DNA from: a virus | DNA: 61,485 bases | Reading direction: 5' to 3' (one strand) | Virus record (IMG/VR): IMGVR_UViG_3300028031_000002 | Location: 1-61,485 of that record | In this document: positions 1-7,779 of the stretch, piece after piece | How positions within the stretch are numbered: position 1 is the first letter of the stretch | How the letters are laid out: the number at the start of each line of letters is the position of its first letter | Made by a program: the position numbers and the translations under genes | Notes under the pieces: model-generated | Seen by the model: only the letters and a program-made list of their open reading frames with translations | Databases searched by the model: none | Told to the model about the DNA's origin: nothing

Positions 1-127
1 GTTATTTCTAACCGCCCTTCTTTGATGCTATAGCCGGTTATAACACGCTCTAAAAGAGACATTAATGTAGTAGTTTGCATTTTAATAATCCTGTATATTA
101 AATTAAGGTTATTATTGACCTTTATTG
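1..127. repeat. terminal overlap, copy 1 (identical to 61359..61485)
   Basis: The first 127 nt are repeated exactly at the window end. Positions 1..80 (minus strand) duplicate the 5' end of CDS 61226..61438. Confidence 0.95.
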
Positions 128-189
128 GTCTTTTAAAACCTATTAAACGTTTTCAAACGTAACTAAACCGCTCATTAGGATTTCTCCTA

Positions 190-880
190 CTTGCAGTAAT
201 CTCATAACGATGGTTCAAAATGGTTCAAAATGAACTTTAAAATTGAACCAAACCCACCTTCAACACATTGAAAACACAATAGAAACAACTAGATTCGATG
301 TAAATCTTTTTGAAACTTTTATAATTTGTGTTGAACCGTTTTGAAACTTATAGAAACAATTGTGAACCACACTGAAACTTACTGAACCATATTGAAACCT
401 GCGGAACCATTGCATACGATTTGTAAAATAAAATTTAATAACTTACTCTATACGTCCGTAGACATTGTAGGGGGATCATAAATAGCTAATTTTTGCAACA
501 ATTATTTCGCTAAAATACAATTAAATTATTAAATATATTAGATACAAATATCAACACATTAGCCCTAAAATGTGCAATATAGTTGCACATAGTGCTTTTA
601 TGGTGCTAAAGTTCTTATATAGTCCATATGAAGCTATGAGTATATGTTATAGATGCACTTGGTTGGGCTTTGTTTCTCTATGGTTCAAATAAATATCAAA
701 AGTTTGGGTACAGCCATCAAAGGTTGATAATGGCAACAATAGCAGTGGAGTATGCTCCTAAATGAGTCTAAATAGTTTCTATTGTGACTCATTTAGTTTC
801 TATTCGGTGCTATGTAGTTTCATTACCGTTTTAATGTTGGTACAAAGTGTGTCTATATTGTTTCTTTTAAAAGCCTTTTT
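190..880. promoter_or_regulatory. origin/centromere-like iteron region A
   Basis: No ORF of 60 aa or more. Eight nGAAMC iterons start at 332, 342, 352, 363, 373, 383, 393 and 403. A 36-nt block at 473..508 and an 18-nt block at 659..676 are identical to region B and are separated by the same 150-nt AT-rich spacer. Three inverted GTTTC iterons lie at 775, 796 and 817, with a 21-nt period. Confidence 0.6.
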
Positions 881-976
881 AGAAGCATTTAAAAGAAAAA
901 ATAAAGGTTAAATTTTACTTTAACAACTTTTTATTAGCAATTAACGCGCTTTAATGCCATTAATTGCCAATATTGT

Positions 977-1294
977 TTAGTATGCAGGATAAGTATACTC
1001 ACAAAGATTGAAATTATTGTCGTAATCATCATAATCATTAGCCTCAAAAGGTAAATAATCAGAGTTACATAACTCTAAAAACTGTCGTTTATCATTTGCA
1101 GCTTTAAATGCGTCATTAGTAGCCACTAAATCACATATTAAAGCGATTTCATACTCAATTGCCTTTGTTTGTTCTTTGTTTAAAGTTAAATCATTCTGGT
1201 ACTCCTGTATGAACATATGTAATTCCTCTAAAGTCATATAAGGTGCTTGATAACGTAATCCATCTAATAAGTCTTTGTAGTCATTTGTGTGCAT
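977..1294 (-). CDS. hypothetical protein, strongly acidic (21 D/E vs 7 K/R in 105 aa)
   Basis: 105-aa ORF with an AAGGA RBS, co-oriented with neighbours. Confidence 0.6.
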   Translation of the reverse strand: MHTNDYKDLLDGLRYQAPYMTLEELHMFIQEYQNDLTLNKEQTKAIEYEIALICDLVATNDAFKAANDKRQFLELCNSDYLPFEANDYDDYDNNFNLCEYTYPAY

Positions 1295-1327
1295 TATTAG
1301 TTCCTTTTAAAGTACTTACTTTGTACT

Positions 1328-1669
1328 TTATTTGATTGGTGTTAATAAAATATATGCGTTTTGTGCCATATCTGAATGCGCTCTAATAACTGCAACAGTG
1401 TATCTATAATACGTTAAGGAAAACCAATTATGTTTCATACCACGGTATAACTGATGCGCAACTGATTTAGCCAGTACTTCACGATTAAAGGCTATTTCAG
1501 CTTTATTAGTAGCATTATTGCAACTATAAGTGCTAAATTTAACATAACTATTACCTAAATTTACCGCATCTTTTCTGAACTTCTTTGTGATACATTGATC
1601 AGCACTAGCTAATGGTGAAAATATTAACGATGCTGCTAATACGCATCCAATTGTTTTTAAATGCTTCAT
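1328..1669 (-). CDS. hypothetical secreted protein
   Basis: N-terminal MKHLKTIGCVLAASLIFSPLASA looks like a Sec signal peptide. AAGGA RBS, with promoter 1705..1733 upstream. Confidence 0.65.
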   Translation of the reverse strand: MKHLKTIGCVLAASLIFSPLASADQCITKKFRKDAVNLGNSYVKFSTYSCNNATNKAEIAFNREVLAKSVAHQLYRGMKHNWFSLTYYRYTVAVIRAHSDMAQNAYILLTPIK

Positions 1670-1704
1670 TATTATATTCCTTAGTGTTCCGTTTCTATGT
1701 GATC

Positions 1705-1733
1705 ATTATACACATATTCGGTACTTCTGTCAA
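1705..1733 (-). promoter_or_regulatory. sigma70-type promoter (TTGACA-17-TATAAT)
   Basis: On the minus strand: TTGACAgaagtaccgaatatgtgTATAAT, 36 nt upstream of the ATG at 1669. Confidence 0.7.
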
Positions 1734-1752
1734 CACTTTTTTTTAAATATTT

Positions 1753-1795
1753 GTAAAACCAAAACTTCAAAAAGGCATTTTTGTCTTTTAGAAAG
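1753..1795 (+). repeat. fragment (3' part) of the 176-bp element
   Basis: gtaaaaccaaaacttcaaaaaggcatttttgtcttttag matches the conserved 3' third of the element. Confidence 0.6.
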
Positions 1796-1906
1796 AACTT
1801 TGAAAACACGCTAAAGTTTCAAAACTTCGAGTTACTCAAAAAGCCTTATAAATCAGTCTATTGAAAGTTTCCATTTTAAAAATTAGAACTAAAAAAAGCA
1901 TATATA

Positions 1907-2083
1907 TGTAACTCATTGAGTCTAAAGGACAAAAAGGCACTTTTGAAGTTTTGGTTTTATCAAAGCTTTAGCGACAGCAGAATGGTACTATCAAAGGGTT
2001 TATGAAACGCACTTTTATGGGTAAGCCCATTCTACTGACAAAGACTATAATATATAAGCATCTGTCAAAGAATTACCATCTAG
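1907..2083 (-). repeat. 176-bp intergenic element, copy R1
   Basis: Reverse complement of the CTAGATGG...GTTACA consensus. Lies upstream of the minus-strand unit ending at 1669. Confidence 0.9.
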
Positions 2084-2182
2084 CCAAAGACCCTAGCTTT
2101 GATTGTTATTAATTTTACTTTAAGTGTTGCATTAGTATATAGAACTGCAACAGAACAATCACAGCACTTTTCTGGTTTTTAC

Positions 2183-2358
2183 CTAGATGGTAATTCTTTG
2201 ACGAGTGCTTATATATTATAGTCTTTGTCAGTAGAATAGGCTTCCGCGCAAATTGAGTTTCATAAGCCCTTTGATAGTACCATTCTGCTGTCGCTAAAGC
2301 TTTGATAAAACCAAAACTTCAAAAGTGCCTTTTTATCCTTTAGACTCAGTAAGTTACA
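2183..2358 (+). repeat. 176-bp intergenic element, copy F1
   Basis: Full copy, inverted relative to R1 and about 100 nt from it. Confidence 0.9.
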
Positions 2359-2408
2359 TTATTTGTATTTATTTTTAATTATTTTTAAGATTGGAGACTT
2401 TCAAAGTA

Positions 2409-2436
2409 TTGAATTAAAAGGCAATTTAGGTATTAT
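2409..2436 (+). promoter_or_regulatory. promoter-like TTGAAT-16-TATTAT overlapping the GGAGACTTTCAAAGT box
   Basis: Part of the module downstream of copy F1. The palindrome ACTTTCAAAGT abuts the -35-like hexamer. Confidence 0.35.
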
Positions 2437-2621
2437 GAAGTTTTGAAACAAAATTGTGTCTAAATAATGCTTGACAGATACAACAGAATGGTACTATCAA
2501 AGTGCTTTATGAGTGCTGTGGAGGTAATATATGTTGCATTAATTGATCGGTTGTGTTATACGCGCGTTATATAGTACTGGTGAATAAACCATCAAAGAGC
2601 TTGAGCGTGCCTATATATTAG

Positions 2622-2797
2622 CTAGATGGTGATTCTTTGACGGGTGCTTATATATTATAGTCTTTGTCAGTAGAATAGGCTTCCGCGCCAAACCAGCTTT
2701 TAAAACCCTTTGATAGTACCATTCTGCTGTCGCTAAAGCTTTGATAAAACCAAAACTTCAAAAGTGCCTTTTTGTCCTTTAGACTCAATGAGTTACA
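2622..2797 (+). repeat. 176-bp intergenic element, copy F2
   Basis: Full copy in tandem with F1. Followed by the GGAAAC box and promoter 2909..2937. Confidence 0.9.
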
Positions 2798-2831
2798 ATA
2801 ATTGCAAGTATTTTAACTTATTTTTTAGATT

Positions 2832-2875
2832 GGAAACTTTTAAAGTGTTGAATTAAAAGACAATTTAGGTACAAT
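2832..2875 (+). promoter_or_regulatory. GGAAACTTTTAAAGT box plus TTGAAT-16-TACAAT promoter-like element
   Basis: Module downstream of copy F2. The same architecture recurs downstream of most element copies. Confidence 0.4.
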
Positions 2876-2908
2876 GAAGTTTTCAAACTCAAAAATTGCA
2901 AATAATGC

Positions 2909-2937
2909 TTGACAGCATATTGCTATTTTGGTATAAT
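2909..2937 (+). promoter_or_regulatory. sigma70-type promoter (TTGACA-17-TATAAT, TGn extended -10)
   Basis: TTGACAgcatattgctattttggTATAAT, upstream of the first early gene at 3009. Confidence 0.8.
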
Positions 2938-3008
2938 GTGTACCAAGGAATAGGAACAAACAAAGAACATCGGAAGTTACAACTAAACTTTAATTCGAGA
3001 ACATTAAT

Positions 3009-3953
3009 ATGAGTCTTTCAGCAGAACAATTAAAAGCATTTGCAGCATCTAGCACAAACACTACACAAGAACTTTCAACAGAATTTGAAAGTAATGAGAA
3101 AGAAACCATTACAACATTACGATATTCAAACAAAAGTGGCACTTTCACATTGCACAATGCAAAAGCAGCTGACGGTACAGAACTTCCAGAAGAACTTACA
3201 TTTGCATATTGTAATGCCCAAATCATTACAGTTTCACCAATGCTTGCACATGTTGGCTTTAAGAATGAATCAACAAACGAATACAAAAGTCATTCTATGG
3301 ACCTTTACAAGCACTTCTTTAAAGGTGGTTCAAATTATGTGCGTAAATTGACTGAAGACTATAAAGCACGTGGCTTTACACCAGAAAAACATAAAAAAGC
3401 ACAACGGTTTATGCTAAGTATTACTGCATTCAATTGTACAGATGTAAATGATCCTGAAATCACATTTCCAGAAGTAATTGTACCAGTAGTGTACTTTTTC
3501 CCTAAAGGTACTGATAAGACCTTTAAAGATGTCTTTCAAGCTGCTTTTGAGGATGCTAAAAAGCAATGTAAAACATCCCATAAAGAGATTTTAGATGCAA
3601 CTGGTGCAGTTATGCCTTTTTATTCTTTCACATTTCAGTTTAAAAAAGCCAAAACTAAAGCAATATTTGACGTTATTGTTGAAGGGAAACCAACCACCGT
3701 AACATTGTTTCCTTTAGGTGTTAAGTTCTTAGAAGGTGTTTTACCTAAACAAGAGATAATGAGCTTTTTAGAAGAAACACACGAGGATACAAAAGAGCTT
3801 AATGTAGAACTATTACGCAAAACACAATCAGAATATGTTAATAAGTCTATGCTTACACCTACTAGTATCAACAGTATGCTACAACTTACATCAAATTCAG
3901 CCAATACACCAAATAATGAAAAACTAATTGCTGAACTAGATAATACATTCTAA
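3009..3953 (+). CDS. hypothetical early protein (C-terminus ...AELDNTF)
   Basis: 314-aa ORF, the first gene after promoter 2909..2937. No catalytic motif recognised. Confidence 0.7.
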   Translation: MSLSAEQLKAFAASSTNTTQELSTEFESNEKETITTLRYSNKSGTFTLHNAKAADGTELPEELTFAYCNAQIITVSPMLAHVGFKNESTNEYKSHSMDLYKHFFKGGSNYVRKLTEDYKARGFTPEKHKKAQRFMLSITAFNCTDVNDPEITFPEVIVPVVYFFPKGTDKTFKDVFQAAFEDAKKQCKTSHKEILDATGAVMPFYSFTFQFKKAKTKAIFDVIVEGKPTTVTLFPLGVKFLEGVLPKQEIMSFLEETHEDTKELNVELLRKTQSEYVNKSMLTPTSINSMLQLTSNSANTPNNEKLIAELDNTF

Positions 3954-4060
3954 AGTAGCGACATAATTGCACACTAAAAGCACCATATAGGCTTCTAGTG
4001 TGCAACAATGTACCCACTTTTAAAGTGCCATATCGCGCTTTTGTAGTACAATAAAGGTAA
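3954..4060 (+). repeat. early intergenic hairpin-plus-leader element, copy A
   Basis: Hairpin ttgcacacta (3967..3976) / tagtgtgcaa (3996..4005) with a 19-nt loop, then gtacccacttttaaagtgcc and GCCATATCGCGC. Confidence 0.8.
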
Positions 4061-4066
4061 TGAATT

Positions 4067-4756
4067 ATGAGTAACGACAAAATGATGGTACGTGATTTCG
4101 CCGGCATTAAGTTTCAGCAACAACGTGACACTGGTATGATTAATATCACGCCACTTTTTGAAAACCAAGTGCAACTGATTGAAATGTTTAACGAAAAAGC
4201 TACTACTGGAATTCCAGTAATAACTAATATTAACACAATCAAGCGGTTAGGCAATTTTATGAAAGAACCACAAACAATTAAGTTACTCAATAGACTAGCA
4301 GAAGTTGACAATTTAAAACCAAAAGAAGTAAAACGCACCTCACGTGCTAAAGGAGCCGTTGGAACATTTGTTCATCCCGTCGTGTTTGTAAGTGCAATGC
4401 GCTACCTTAGTGTTGACTTTGAAATCTGGGCAAACAAGCTTGTCATGGACGAACTAATAAAGTATCGTAATATGACAGCTCAAAGCAACAAAGAGATAGC
4501 TAAAGCGTTTGATAATGCAGGTTTCATAAGTAATCCATCATATCAGTATGGAACACTAAACATTGCAATAGGAGACGCTTGTGATTGTGCATATGAGCAG
4601 CGCAATAATAGCAAAACGTTTCTTTGGGAAAACGCAACAAAAGAGCAGCTACAGCACAGGGAAAAGATACAAAATTCTGTTTCAGATATGATTATGATAG
4701 GATTAATAACCAATTTTGGCGCGGGTATAGCAGCCATAAAAGCACTTAGAAAGTAG
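4067..4756 (+). CDS. KilA-N domain protein
   Basis: The N-terminal segment ...GMINITPLFE...GTFVHPVVFVSAMRYLSVDFEIWANKLV matches the KilA-N signature (GTWVHP...WLSPEF). Confidence 0.7.
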   Translation: MSNDKMMVRDFAGIKFQQQRDTGMINITPLFENQVQLIEMFNEKATTGIPVITNINTIKRLGNFMKEPQTIKLLNRLAEVDNLKPKEVKRTSRAKGAVGTFVHPVVFVSAMRYLSVDFEIWANKLVMDELIKYRNMTAQSNKEIAKAFDNAGFISNPSYQYGTLNIAIGDACDCAYEQRNNSKTFLWENATKEQLQHREKIQNSVSDMIMIGLITNFGAGIAAIKALRK

Positions 4757-4866
4757 CGACATAATTGCACACTAAAAGCACCATATAGGCTTCTAGTGTG
4801 CAACAATGTACCCACTTTTAAAGTGCAATTAAAGTGCAATACTGCGCTATTGTAGCACTTCGGGAT
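4752..4866 (+). repeat. early intergenic hairpin-plus-leader element, copy B
   Basis: Same hairpin (4765..4774 / 4794..4803) and same flanks as copy A. The aaagtgcaat box is duplicated. Confidence 0.8.
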
Positions 4867-4871
4867 AACTG

Positions 4872-5156
4872 ATGAGCAACATCAAAAAAGACACCTTGAG
4901 TGTAATTAAAATATGTACCGAGTATGACGGTGACGAGGACAATTTCAGCTCACATAAATACACCTTAATGAATATGGAAGCTTTTGTTGATTTTATTGTG
5001 AATGGTCATGTGAAGCTAGTATCACCTGCATTGACACGAACTCAAGCTTTTTATGATTGTGAAGACGAGCTATATAATTATTTTTTAAATGCCAAAAAAT
5101 GGTCTGAAAAAGAGTTATTAAGCTTTGCAAAAATGTTATTTTCACGTGCCATATAA
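4872..5156 (+). CDS. hypothetical protein
   Basis: 94-aa ORF in the early plus-strand block. Confidence 0.55.
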   Translation: MSNIKKDTLSVIKICTEYDGDEDNFSSHKYTLMNMEAFVDFIVNGHVKLVSPALTRTQAFYDCEDELYNYFLNAKKWSEKELLSFAKMLFSRAI

Positions 5157-5164
5157 AACTAATT

Positions 5165-5422
5165 ATGCAATTTCATACACCAGCATTAAATGGGTTTGAT
5201 ATACAATATAGAAAGTTTCGTAAAAAGCTAACTAAGAAATATAGTAATGGTTGTGTACCGCTATATAATGGTAGCAATGCTAATAAGTTGCCAAATACAG
5301 TTCGCTTTAGCACTTTAAAGGAAGTAGAAGTGTTTAAAAACTCATTTAATAACCCTTTATATGAGTTAAAAACGTTCGTATTAGACGGTAGCTATATCGC
5401 ATTTATGGTTAAATTGGGTTGA
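5165..5422 (+). CDS. hypothetical protein
   Basis: 85-aa ORF, tightly spaced after 4872..5156. Confidence 0.5.
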   Translation: MQFHTPALNGFDIQYRKFRKKLTKKYSNGCVPLYNGSNANKLPNTVRFSTLKEVEVFKNSFNNPLYELKTFVLDGSYIAFMVKLG

Positions 5423-5540
5423 AGTAGCAACATAATTGCACATTAAAAGCACCATATAGGCTTTAAGTGTGCAACAATGTTTCCACTTTAAAAGACAATC
5501 AAATGTCGCAATATTGCGCTTTGATGGTAGACTTTAGGAT
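5422..5540 (+). repeat. early intergenic hairpin-plus-leader element, copy C
   Basis: Hairpin 5435..5444 / 5465..5474 has a C to T change in the 5' arm that would give a G-U pair. The palindrome CGCAATATTGCG follows at 5507..5518. Confidence 0.75.
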
Positions 5541-5547
5541 AATTAGC

Positions 5548-5979
5548 ATGAATATTGAAACACAATTGGCGTTATGCACTAGTATTGAAGAAGCGCATAA
5601 AGTACTATCAAATACAAAAATGTTAAAGAAAGATTGGTTAGAAGTTGCCAAAAGAAATCAGTTATTTACATTAAAAAAGACAATAAAAGCTATTAAAGAG
5701 CAATTAGTACTTACATTAGTAGGTGCTAGATTAAATAGTACTGCAATTAGAGATACTTCTGTAGTAATAACGGATAACGTGCATAATATAGTCACAAAAG
5801 CGGCTATTACTGCCACTATAGGCGATATAGTACGATGTAAATATGCGGAAAACACCTTTTTAGCCTTTAGCATATCTACTGGAAAATGTTTAACTGCGGG
5901 TAATTATGGCAATCTTTCATTAGAGCCTAAATTGGCACTACAAAAAGTATCTAATTTTCTGTTTACTATCAAAGACTAA
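5548..5979 (+). CDS. hypothetical protein
   Basis: The track ORF 5467..5979 starts inside the intergenic hairpin element. The ATG at 5548 has a TAGGAT RBS. Confidence 0.55.
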   Translation: MNIETQLALCTSIEEAHKVLSNTKMLKKDWLEVAKRNQLFTLKKTIKAIKEQLVLTLVGARLNSTAIRDTSVVITDNVHNIVTKAAITATIGDIVRCKYAENTFLAFSISTGKCLTAGNYGNLSLEPKLALQKVSNFLFTIKD

Positions 5980-5999
5980 AACAACTTTAGGAGTACTTT

Positions 6000-6170
6000 A
6001 TGGAACTTATACAAAAACAAACTATACTTGTAACAGAGTTTTGTCAAATTGACAAGTTAAAACTTACCGTAACAGAACGCGCTATATTAAGATGTAATTT
6101 AATATTGCACACATGTGAAAAACCAGTTGGTTTAATGGCATGTCCATGTATACAGAATAAGGGTATGTAA
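6000..6170 (+). CDS. small Cys-rich hypothetical protein (56 aa, below the track cutoff)
   Basis: TAGGAG RBS 7 nt upstream. The TAATG overlap with the next gene suggests coupling. Contains 5 Cys. Confidence 0.5.
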   Translation: MELIQKQTILVTEFCQIDKLKLTVTERAILRCNLILHTCEKPVGLMACPCIQNKGM

Positions 6171-6394
6171 TGCAAACATTAGATAATACACTTTATTATG
6201 CTCTTTTGGAGTCAGATTTAATCATCACGAATAGAGGTATAGAACGTGTAAGACAAGCCATATTAAGCGCATCAAGAAACTCTTTAGATATGGGCTTCAG
6301 TAATATCGTAGTAACGGTAATAGTAGAGGCACTACGAAATGGAGATATAGACCATGTAGACAACATTTATGACATAATAGAGGAATATATATAA
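6170..6394 (+). CDS. hypothetical protein
   Basis: 74-aa ORF whose start overlaps the previous stop. Confidence 0.55.
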   Translation: MQTLDNTLYYALLESDLIITNRGIERVRQAILSASRNSLDMGFSNIVVTVIVEALRNGDIDHVDNIYDIIEEYI

Positions 6395-6515
6395 CATAAA
6401 AGGCACCGTATAGGCTGCTAATGTGCAATTATGTACCCAATTTAAAACTCCATTGAAGCGCAATAAAAGTACACTATCGTTCTTTACGCTTTGATGGCGC
6501 ATTTACGGTAAATAC
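6395..6515 (+). repeat. early intergenic hairpin-plus-leader element, copy D (5' arm missing)
   Basis: aaaggcaccgtataggctgctaatgtgcaattatgtaccca keeps the loop and the 3' arm only. Confidence 0.55.
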
Positions 6516-6519
6516 CCTT

Positions 6520-7116
6520 ATGAAAATAGATGTGTATAACTATAAGTATACTCCATTAGAGAAAAAAATTATAAATTCGTCGTTAGACAGGCAGTTCACA
6601 ATTGGGCTGATATTAAGTAGTCGTTTAAATCTATATAGCGATATAAATATGCTACTTCAGCATTATAGTGTTGATATTTCTGCCGGAGTAGCACAATTGA
6701 TACTGCTACTTAACAAATCAAACTTGGATTCTGAAAGATTAAAACTCTTGTTTATTTTCATCAATAATTATTCCTTAACTTCTTTATTGGAATATATGTT
6801 AAATACAAGTAGCAACAATAAAGCTAATCGTATAGTATATGAAAAAACAATTAAAAAGCTCTCTGGTGCGTTAAGTACGGCTGGGGGCATTATAGGCGAA
6901 GTTGAGGTGTCCGATATACACTTGCACATTTTAGCACAAATAGGTCATAAAGGATGTGATCACACCTTAACTACACTATTTGTAAATCATATAATTAACT
7001 TAGGTGTATATTATACCAGCAAAGAAAAGTTAATTGAGGTACATACAAAACGTTCTAGTGAACGCCTTATAAGCTTGATGTTAGGTATTATGGTTAAAAA
7101 TCAGCATTTTATGTGA
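6520..7116 (+). CDS. hypothetical protein
   Basis: 198-aa ORF. Confidence 0.6.
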   Translation: MKIDVYNYKYTPLEKKIINSSLDRQFTIGLILSSRLNLYSDINMLLQHYSVDISAGVAQLILLLNKSNLDSERLKLLFIFINNYSLTSLLEYMLNTSSNNKANRIVYEKTIKKLSGALSTAGGIIGEVEVSDIHLHILAQIGHKGCDHTLTTLFVNHIINLGVYYTSKEKLIEVHTKRSSERLISLMLGIMVKNQHFM

Positions 7117-7182
7117 CACATATGATGGTTTGTACAGATGCGGTATATAGTATAAACAGTCACAAAATAAAACGAGAAAAAT

Positions 7183-7674
7183 ATGAAATTAGTACATGCT
7201 TTAGTTGGAATTACACTTGCTAGCACTGTTGCAGTAGCAACCCCTGCGGCTGCAATTACAACCGGTCAAGTAGACGCATATTTATCAAGTATGCACTATC
7301 AGCCACGATCAGGTAACCAAAATTCTCAAGCATATTTTAATGCTAATTTGAGAAATTACTTTTTAGCAGATTCTGCATTACAAGGTAAAATCTATAAACT
7401 CTTTGGACCTATGAAGCGTATAACAGTTAGAACTCCATTTGGTACACGATATGTATATGGTTACCGCGGTAATACAAAACGCATTGTTAGATATGCTAAT
7501 CAAAAATTAGTACAAAAATGGTGGGGCGGCGTACATAATTCTAAGTTAAAAAGCCTTGTTAGTAATACAACAAATGCTAAACATTGTGTACGACCATCAC
7601 GTAACGGTACATTTCAGTTGATGATACAAGGATTATATCAAACTTGTGCTAAACACAAAAGTTATTTCAAATAA
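7183..7674 (+). CDS. hypothetical secreted protein
   Basis: MKLVHALVGITLASTVAVATPAAA looks like a signal peptide. Followed by an intrinsic terminator. Confidence 0.65.
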   Translation: MKLVHALVGITLASTVAVATPAAAITTGQVDAYLSSMHYQPRSGNQNSQAYFNANLRNYFLADSALQGKIYKLFGPMKRITVRTPFGTRYVYGYRGNTKRIVRYANQKLVQKWWGGVHNSKLKSLVSNTTNAKHCVRPSRNGTFQLMIQGLYQTCAKHKSYFK

Positions 7675-7683
7675 GTCTTAACT

Positions 7684-7709
7684 AAACCTCCTTAATTGGG
7701 GGTTTTTTT
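7684..7709 (+). terminator. intrinsic terminator
   Basis: aaacctcc-ttaatt-gggggttt followed by a T run, directly after CDS 7183..7674. Confidence 0.75.
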
Positions 7710-7751
7710 ACGTCTAAATTTTAGTAACTACTTTGATTTTTAATAAACCTC

Positions 7752-7779
7752 TTGACAACCGTGCTGAATAGTGTATAAT
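7752..7779 (+). promoter_or_regulatory. sigma70-type promoter (TTGACA-16-TATAAT)
   Basis: Follows terminator 7684..7709 and precedes CDS 7854. Confidence 0.75.

Noticed and set aside
3040-3351. Many antisense or out-of-frame track ORFs inside long genes (for example 2990..3286, 3040..3351, 22108..22491, 31357..31812, 46243..46560, 47467..47877, 49513..49842, 53197..53514)
   Set aside because: They overlap longer ORFs that carry recognisable motifs or fit the operon structure. They lack an RBS and have low-complexity or hydrophobic composition typical of shadow frames in AT-rich DNA.
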